Positions 57,799 through 64,000 of a stretch of 64,000 nucleotides of DNA are shown piece after piece. Numbering within the stretch: the stretch's first letter is position 1; the number at the start of each line of letters is the position of its first letter. Under the pieces are notes generated by a model. It was not told where the DNA came from, ran no database searches, and worked only from the letters and a program-made list of their open reading frames with translations. Location of the stretch: assembly GCA_963717265.1 (NCBI GenBank), contig CAVQWD010000011.1:5105-69104 (forward strand), given 5' to 3'. The position numbers and the translations under genes were made by a program. This stretch comes from an uncultured Alphaproteobacteria bacterium (GTDB lineage Bacteria; Pseudomonadota; Alphaproteobacteria; Rhizobiales; Xanthobacteraceae).

Positions 57799-59403
57799 TC
57801 ACGAGCCCCGCGAGAGAGCCGGGACTGTGTGCGGCCCACCGATGAGCGGCGGCCCTGCAACGACCTGTGCCGCCCACTTTCGCTCCGACGCGGCCAGACG
57901 GGCTGTGACGACGATCAGACCGGCGAGGAGCCAGACCAATGCACTGATCGAATGGCCGGCAAGCGGATTGTCGCCGAGATTTTGAAACGCCAGACTCGAC
58001 AGACCGCCGATAATCCCCGCCAGCAACACCTTGGCCTCAAGGTCGGCCGTCCTCATCGATTGGAACGCAAAGGCAATAATTTTCCCAAAGAAACCGAAAA
58101 ACAACAGAAATCCGACGATTTCGGATTCTATAAGAATGACGAGATAATGGCAGGGAATTGCCGCCTGGGCGGCATTTGGACCTTCCGTAGGCAGGCCCTC
58201 AAACGCATATTTTAGCGCGGAGGAGCCGTTGTTCAAACCAACGCCGAGGATTGGCTGATGCCAATAGCTCTCGATTGCTATTTCGGCATACGCAAAGCGT
58301 GCGTGATAGCTGGCCGGGCGCGTCTCGAGGAACGGGATCAGAAACGGCAAGCTCGCCAAAACCGCCGCAACGAATGCAACGACGCACAACATGAATGTCC
58401 GCCGGGAAATAAGCTCAGCCCATCGCCCGACAAGAAAGAATGCCGTACTTCCGACAACCAGGCCCAACAGTCCAGCTCGCGAATACGTCAGATAGGACGC
58501 CAGATAGCCCAACGCCAGTAGTCCGCCGAACAGTAGCACATCCCGCCGCCGTCTGGCCGCCACCAGGAAAGCGAGCGCGAACGGCGCGGTGAGCCCGATA
58601 TAGCAGGCTGCGATCGCCGGATGGGCGAATATCCCCTCGCTGCGTTTTGCGTCTTTGGTGCTCTTGGCGTTGTCGACATACATGGTGCCCTCGGCCCGGC
58701 CGTTTCGATCTCGGGGTGCTTGCTTGGAAAATAGGAAGTCGAAGGCCCTATTGCCGGTTCCTACGCCGAGAGCGGAATAGGCAATCACAGAGGTCGATGC
58801 GACCGCAAACCCGACAAATATCGCCGCGACGACGATCCGTAGATGTTTGCGCGTCCTGAGGTTGTTGATGAGATACAGGAACGACAGGAAATACAAAAGT
58901 TGCCGGCACCACTCGAAGTAGGCGGCGTATGGCGATACTGCCACTGTCACGCAGCCGATCAGCGCCCAGGCCAGGTAGAAGACAAAAAGATAGCAGACCG
59001 TGGGAAAATACGGCCGTTCGTGATTGATACAAAGCCGGACCAGCCATTGCAGCACCATCGGGATCAGGATGGCGTCCGTCAAGAAGAAATCCATGCTCAG
59101 ATTGCCGGCGGTTGGCGGTCCGTATTGTTGGATCAATATTTCTGGTGCCACGATCCACCGCGACAGACTCTTATAGATGTCGAACGGGATCGAGACGGCC
59201 AAAAGAAACAGCCAATAGGCCTTGGCATCTTTCAGCAGCAAGGTCGGAAGAAACACAACGAGACCAACGAACATAACCATGATGATGGGCAGCCGCAAAT
59301 CGATCATCGTCAGTACGGTGATGACGCCGGCCAGGATTCCGATTGCAACCACGGCGACGCCAAGCTGGCGCGGCTTGTTTGTTATGCCTAAGACGACCGA
59401 CAC
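57799..59403 (-). CDS. Wzy-like polymerase / O-antigen-ligase-domain membrane protein
   Basis: More than 10 hydrophobic helices with a large loop. GTG 59403 is preceded by GAGAGAGGA. The family call rests on topology and context only. Confidence 0.65.
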   Translation of the reverse strand: MSVVLGITNKPRQLGVAVVAIGILAGVITVLTMIDLRLPIIMVMFVGLVVFLPTLLLKDAKAYWLFLLAVSIPFDIYKSLSRWIVAPEILIQQYGPPTAGNLSMDFFLTDAILIPMVLQWLVRLCINHERPYFPTVCYLFVFYLAWALIGCVTVAVSPYAAYFEWCRQLLYFLSFLYLINNLRTRKHLRIVVAAIFVGFAVASTSVIAYSALGVGTGNRAFDFLFSKQAPRDRNGRAEGTMYVDNAKSTKDAKRSEGIFAHPAIAACYIGLTAPFALAFLVAARRRRDVLLFGGLLALGYLASYLTYSRAGLLGLVVGSTAFFLVGRWAELISRRTFMLCVVAFVAAVLASLPFLIPFLETRPASYHARFAYAEIAIESYWHQPILGVGLNNGSSALKYAFEGLPTEGPNAAQAAIPCHYLVILIESEIVGFLLFFGFFGKIIAFAFQSMRTADLEAKVLLAGIIGGLSSLAFQNLGDNPLAGHSISALVWLLAGLIVVTARLAASERKWAAQVVAGPPLIGGPHTVPALSRGS

Positions 59404-59676
59404 TGCAAATCCTCTCTCAAGTGATCGCCGGCGGCAGGCCGGACAGACCCGCAATTAAACCACATCGCACTTGACCAGCGAAAAGATCTCTGGCGTGTCG
59501 GGACACATTCAATCCCTTGGCACCGGGTTCCGTCCGGGTCGGGTACATCGCCTTGGATGCCAGCACTTCACCCGATTCCGGTGGCGATTGAGGCATCGCA
59601 AACCCGCTGTGGCGGGACAACCGCATCCCTTTTTGCCTCAAATACCGAGATGGCGTCACGGCCTATCCTGCCCGGT

Positions 59677-61311
59677 TCAACGAGGAGGCGGCTGGATGAT
59701 CGCCAGAATCCGATCGGCAACCCTTTCTGCCTCGCTATTGTCGCCCGCTTTCATCGCGGCATCAAGCTTTGGAATGAGAGATCGGATTACGGGTTGCTGG
59801 TCGGGGTGCCTCCTCACCCAATTGATGACATTGGCTTGGATGCGCTGGACCTTGGAAAACAGATCGTGGGCCGGAGCCGCCGAGTGCGGCGGAAAGAGCG
59901 AGCCGGCCGATGAATCCGGTGGCCCGGCTTCCTCCGTTAGCTGTGCGTCGCGCAAAAACTTCCGATACGCCGCGACCGCATCCGCGCTGCCGCCGGCCTG
60001 CGCAAATTGGCGATCATGTGCTGCATCGGAAAAGGCGCCGAAGACATTGACGAACACCGCACCGTGGTTGAACGCCCGTCCCAAATAATTCTCCATGGTA
60101 TATTTGCTTGGTCGCGGACCGCCGAAAAAGCTATTTGACAAGTTCACATTAGTTCCCTCCGCGACGCCCCAGGGCGTTGCGGGGTAGCGTGCGAGTACTT
60201 TGTAAAGTCCCGGGAAACTGTCTGCGCTGTACACGCTGAACCCCGGCCGCGAATAGCGATTGAATGCGGGCGCGATCGGCACGGAATCTCTGAAATAGTC
60301 GCCGAGCTGATTGTGGAAGGGCGCAACACGCGGCGGATCGCCGGTAAAGGCCAGATGGGTGTAGACGTTGCTTTCGGGGATTCCCGCCTCCTCGAGCCCC
60401 CGCGCCCACAGCACGATCCAGTCCCTGATCACGCCCGCAACGGCCTTGTCGAAGTCCTTGGGAGGGTTCTGCGCGCTGTAACCGAGATTGTGAAGCGCGT
60501 GATAGATCGCGTAATCGTGCCGACCGTGATCGCCGAATTGGTCCTGCATCCTGGTCTCCCAACCGGCCATGACGCCGGCAAAGAGATACGGCTTGCCTAT
60601 TTTGGCCAGATGATCGATGCCTTTTTTGATTTCGGCACCGATGACATCACGGGCCAGGTGTGTCGCTGCAGCGGTGATCGCAGGGCAATTGTAGCACATT
60701 GGCGGGGCAAGCACGGGCGCGCCGTTCGCGACCCAACCGATGATGCGGTGGGGAACGGTCGTGCCGTTCCAATCGATCCATTCAACGTTGTTGTTGTCGG
60801 ACCACAGATCCTTGCGTCGGTTCCAAAACATCGAATTGTCGATGTGGAAGGCGACGGCAACGTCCTTTGCTTCGGCAACCGCAAAGCAGTTCGCGATCAA
60901 GGTGCGAAGCTGCGCGTCGGTAAGGTCGAAACTGAGCGGCCCGGCGCTAAAGCCGAGCTGAGTGTGGATGTGATCGCCGCGCTCCCCGATCACGGCTAGC
61001 ATGCGATCGACCGCCTTTTCGGTTTGCGCTTCGGGGTCGGGAGCCGCCAGGTGGCCGAGCGGGACTTCGGGCGAAGCGCCAGTGATATAGAACAGAAGGT
61101 ACTTTGGCTGAGCCGTAGCAGCAATCGGGGAAGCATCGGGATTGGTACCGGAGGCCAGAGCCGGGGTTGCTATTAGGCCTGCCAGAATTGATGCCGATGC
61201 CCGATCCGAAAGCACGAACGCTAAGGCCGAATCGAGCGAATAGAATATTATCGCCAGCAAGATTGCGAGCGCCAGGAGAGCCCTGTCCATGGCTACAAAA
61301 TTTAAGCGCAT
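59677..61311 (-). CDS. Secreted/anchored hypothetical protein (~545 aa) of the polysaccharide locus
   Basis: N-terminal hydrophobic segment (LLALAILLAIIFYS). No family recognised. Coding-like composition over the full length. Start uncertain (61311/61290/61344). Confidence 0.6.
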   Translation of the reverse strand: MRLNFVAMDRALLALAILLAIIFYSLDSALAFVLSDRASASILAGLIATPALASGTNPDASPIAATAQPKYLLFYITGASPEVPLGHLAAPDPEAQTEKAVDRMLAVIGERGDHIHTQLGFSAGPLSFDLTDAQLRTLIANCFAVAEAKDVAVAFHIDNSMFWNRRKDLWSDNNNVEWIDWNGTTVPHRIIGWVANGAPVLAPPMCYNCPAITAAATHLARDVIGAEIKKGIDHLAKIGKPYLFAGVMAGWETRMQDQFGDHGRHDYAIYHALHNLGYSAQNPPKDFDKAVAGVIRDWIVLWARGLEEAGIPESNVYTHLAFTGDPPRVAPFHNQLGDYFRDSVPIAPAFNRYSRPGFSVYSADSFPGLYKVLARYPATPWGVAEGTNVNLSNSFFGGPRPSKYTMENYLGRAFNHGAVFVNVFGAFSDAAHDRQFAQAGGSADAVAAYRKFLRDAQLTEEAGPPDSSAGSLFPPHSAAPAHDLFSKVQRIQANVINWVRRHPDQQPVIRSLIPKLDAAMKAGDNSEAERVADRILAIIQPPPR

Positions 61312-61827
61312 GCGCTCGCTCAATATCTGTTCGCAGCGTAGCACGCCTCTATGCTGGCGTCCACGATATACAAGAAATGCATTGAACGGAGTCGGTCAAT
61401 AATTCACCACAAATTCGCCACCAGATCGATAGGGCTCGTTGCATCGGCCAACTTGCGAACCTGCGGTTTCTGCCGCAAGGAACTGGTTGCTGCAGACTGC
61501 CTCGAACCAGCGTCAGTGCGCCGCACTGCCGTTTCGTTTGGCGCTCCACGCACGGCGTAGCATTGTTTGCGGCAGAGCATTGTCAGTGTCGCAAGCGGCC
61601 AAAAATGTGGACTTCGGCACGTTGCCAAGACCATTGCCGAGACGCGAGCACGCCGTGCCGACGACTGTGGCAAAACTGTCACACGCGCAGGGATTAGTTT
61701 GTTCCCCGCTGGAAAAAGCCAAATACGTGTTGTCAAAATCACAGCACTCGAGCCACTCTGGTAATCAACTGATCCGACCTCGCGAAGTCGGCTCAGCGTG
61801 TCCCAAGCGTGCGCGTAATGAATGTAG

Positions 61828-63039
61828 ATGTGGCGTAAACGAAGTTCACGGTCCGTAATTCCTCTTCTTGCGATGCTGGGACTCTGCGGATGCGGGTTCG
61901 TCACCCCGCAGGCGGGGCCGTCGAGCGTTGCCATCAATCTCGATCTGCCGTCAACAACGGGGCTCCACTATGGCTTGGTCGAGATTACGCCCAAGGTCAT
62001 CGATATTCTTGCTCGCGCCGAGCCATGGAGCATCGCCGGAGCGTTTTCCGATAAGCGTCCGCCGCCCGAGATTAAGTTTGGCGTCGGTGACGTGCTCAGC
62101 GTATCCATTTTCGAAGCGGCGGCTGGCGGCCTATTCATTCCGATCGAAGCGGGCGTCCGTCCGGGCAATTTTGTTACCCTTCCGAACGAGCCCATCGACG
62201 CGGCGGGAAATATTTCCGTGCCGTATGCAGGAGCAATCCAAGCAGCGGGCCTGACCCAAAGTCAGGTGCAGGCGGAAATCGTCAAAGCCCTCGGCAATCT
62301 CGCAATTCGGCCGCAGGCGGTGGTTGCGCTGGCAACGCAAAACACCTCTCTGATCAGCGTGCTGGGCGAGGTCAATCAGCCCAATCGCTTTCCCGCTCAG
62401 CCAGCGGGCGAGCACATTCTCGATGCCATAACGCGAGCGGGAGGCATTAAGGATCAGGGCTACGACACTTGGGTGGTGCTCGAACGCCATGGCCGTCGCG
62501 CCGCCGTACCGTTTGGCGCTCTGATTTACGATCTGAGAAACAACATCTGGGTGCATCCGGGGGATACCATCTACGTCTACAGCCAACCGCAGACCTTTTT
62601 GGCGTTTGGCGCGTTCGCCTTTGGGGCGGCGAACGCGGCAAGCCAGCAGGCGCAGTTTTCATTCGGTAATTGGCGCATAACCCTCGCGGAGGGCGTCGCC
62701 AAGACGGGTGGCCTGCTTGACTCGCAAGCTGACCCGGCATCGGTTTACCTGTACCGCCGCGAGCCGCGCCAGCTCGCCGACGCACTCGGCGTCAACGTCC
62801 GCGGATACCGTAGAGAATTAATCCCGATTATTTATCACATCAGCTTCCGCGACCCGGCGGGCTACTTTCTGGCCACCAGGTTTCTGATGCGAGACCATGA
62901 CATCGTCTTCGCGGCGAACGCACACACGGTGGAGATGACCAAACTGCTGGTGTTCCTCCAGACCGCAATAAATACCTACGGAGACGTCGCAGCCGCGGGC
63001 TTAAATTCCGAGCAGTGGCGAATACTTTCCAAACAGTAA
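61828..63039 (+). CDS. Outer-membrane polysaccharide export lipoprotein (Wza/ExoF-like, OPX family)
   Basis: Lipobox LLAMLGLCGCG. Export-domain pattern GVGDVLSVSIFEA...ISVPYAGAIQAAGLTQSQVQAEI...ISVLGEVNQPNRF. Confidence 0.85.
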   Translation: MWRKRSSRSVIPLLAMLGLCGCGFVTPQAGPSSVAINLDLPSTTGLHYGLVEITPKVIDILARAEPWSIAGAFSDKRPPPEIKFGVGDVLSVSIFEAAAGGLFIPIEAGVRPGNFVTLPNEPIDAAGNISVPYAGAIQAAGLTQSQVQAEIVKALGNLAIRPQAVVALATQNTSLISVLGEVNQPNRFPAQPAGEHILDAITRAGGIKDQGYDTWVVLERHGRRAAVPFGALIYDLRNNIWVHPGDTIYVYSQPQTFLAFGAFAFGAANAASQQAQFSFGNWRITLAEGVAKTGGLLDSQADPASVYLYRREPRQLADALGVNVRGYRRELIPIIYHISFRDPAGYFLATRFLMRDHDIVFAANAHTVEMTKLLVFLQTAINTYGDVAAAGLNSEQWRILSKQ

Positions 63040-63064
63040 TAAATTCGGGGCGGCGCGACCCGCC

Positions 63065-64000
63065 TCACGAAGCCGCGAGCTGCAGCTCTTCAGCCGGCAT
63101 CCGAGGGATGGTCGCGAGAACCTTCAGTCCAACAAGGTCCTCGACTTCGCGAATGCTGCGGACACTCCGATTTAGATATTCCAGCAAAAACACAAGACCT
63201 GCGCCCATGACCAACCCACCAAGGAGCGATCCCAGTGCAAATACCGCATGGGTCGGACCAGATGGATATTGTGGCGGAACCGCTTGACCGACCAACTCCA
63301 GCTCATGCTCGGCGTAGGAACCTTTGATCTGAGCTTCTTGATATTCCTTGTCGACGGCCTCGTAGGCCGTAAGTGCACTCTTCTCGGCGAGATCCAGCGC
63401 TTTGAATTCCCGCTCCATTTCAGGCAGCTCGCTCAGTTTCGCCTGCCGGTCACGAAGCTGACTGAGAATGTTCGCCTGCTTGGCAGCAAGAGTCACACTT
63501 GATGTCGACGCGTTATTTTGACTCGCCACCGCCCTCAAGCCCGCAACGGTTTCCTCCAATTTGCCCAGCTCGGTTTGCAAGTCGGCTATGACCTTAAGTT
63601 GGGATTCATACTCCGAGTTGTATTTGAACATGTTGTGCGCCTGCTTGAAAGCTTCCACATTCTCGCGTGCAAGTCTGACTTGCTGGCGCGTCTTATCCAA
63701 CTCTGTGCGCAGTGCGTCTCGGGCTCGCTGTCCTTCCGACTGACGCAGCTCGCCGATGGTTGCGACAAGCAATCCCGCTGCCGAGTTGGCCACCTCTGAC
63801 GCCAGACGCGCGTCCTTCGCCGTATATTTTATTGTGAAAAGATAGGTCTCAGCGCGCGCCTCCAACGCCAGGTTAGTTTCCACGTTTTTGACGGCTTGGG
63901 CAAAGTTGTCCTTCGGGATCACGGTGCCATATACCGCAACCGACAGCGCGTTCCTGACGAATTGCTTGAGGTCATCGAAGGCCCGCTTTATCGACTCGGG
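63065..64000 (-). CDS. Polysaccharide co-polymerase (PCP/GumC/Wzz-like chain-length determinant), N-terminus outside window
   Basis: The frame stays open upstream to the window edge (PESIKRAFDDLKQFVRNALSVAVYGTVIPKDNF...). Long coiled-coil region, then a C-terminal TM (HAVFALGSLLGGLVMGAGLVFLLEYL). Confidence 0.8.
   Translation of the reverse strand, partial: PESIKRAFDDLKQFVRNALSVAVYGTVIPKDNFAQAVKNVETNLALEARAETYLFTIKYTAKDARLASEVANSAAGLLVATIGELRQSEGQRARDALRTELDKTRQQVRLARENVEAFKQAHNMFKYNSEYESQLKVIADLQTELGKLEETVAGLRAVASQNNASTSSVTLAAKQANILSQLRDRQAKLSELPEMEREFKALDLAEKSALTAYEAVDKEYQEAQIKGSYAEHELELVGQAVPPQYPSGPTHAVFALGSLLGGLVMGAGLVFLLEYLNRSVRSIREVEDLVGLKVLATIPRMPAEELQLAAS

Noticed and set aside
63040-63064. 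Hairpin between the convergent Wza-like and PCP genes as a terminator
   Set aside because: The stem is only 5 bp (ggcgg/ccgcc) with no U-tract, which is too weak to call.
1-64000. Search by eye for rRNA, tRNA, CRISPR arrays, transposases, integrases, phage or toxin-antitoxin/defence modules
   Set aside because: None was recognised: no regularly spaced direct repeats, no DDE/tyrosine-recombinase-like ORFs, no cloverleaf-like conserved tRNA boxes noticed. A tRNAscan/Infernal run would be needed to exclude small RNAs formally.

Overview
High-GC alphaproteobacterial chromosomal window. Gene content and synteny (fabA/irr divergent pair, hisD-UPF0262-LMW-PTP, phyR-nepR-ecfG, many Bug-type binding proteins) look Bradyrhizobiaceae/Nitrobacteraceae-like. 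All homology calls come from reading the translated ORFs and recalling protein families; no search was run. Layout: (i) 1-24 kb holds housekeeping genes (fabA, irr, hisD block, DUF2948) interleaved with accessory oxidoreductase/hydrolase genes. (ii) 12.3-19.1 kb is a divergent cluster centred on a two-subunit molybdoenzyme that closely resembles pyrogallol-phloroglucinol transhydroxylase (AthL/BthL), with an FAD oxidoreductase and two orphan periplasmic binding proteins. (iii) 21.7-23 kb is a cupredoxin + FTR1 iron permease pair with an Irr-box-like motif upstream. (iv) 25-32.5 kb is a second accessory set (LigB/LigA-type dioxygenase, deacetylase, LLM monooxygenase, cupin, binding protein, dienelactone hydrolase, ornithine cyclodeaminase family). 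(v) 32.6-37.9 kb is the general stress response locus: HWE kinase, L,D-transpeptidase, small ORF, phyR, nepR, ecfG, with three perfect GGAAC-N16-CGTT promoters. (vi) 41.4-64 kb is a visibly less GC-rich surface-polysaccharide island: SxtJ/SxtK/carbamoyltransferase module, SGNH hydrolase, priming transferase, oxygenase-like fusion protein, ABC exporter, BY-kinase, six GT2 genes (five of them a head-to-tail paralogue array), Wzy-like polymerase, Wza-like exporter and PCP. Seven otherwise intact genes, including hisD, carry single-base +1 frameshifts, each next to an identical base; this looks more like systematic assembly error than decay. No rRNA, tRNA, CRISPR array, transposase or integrase was recognised.
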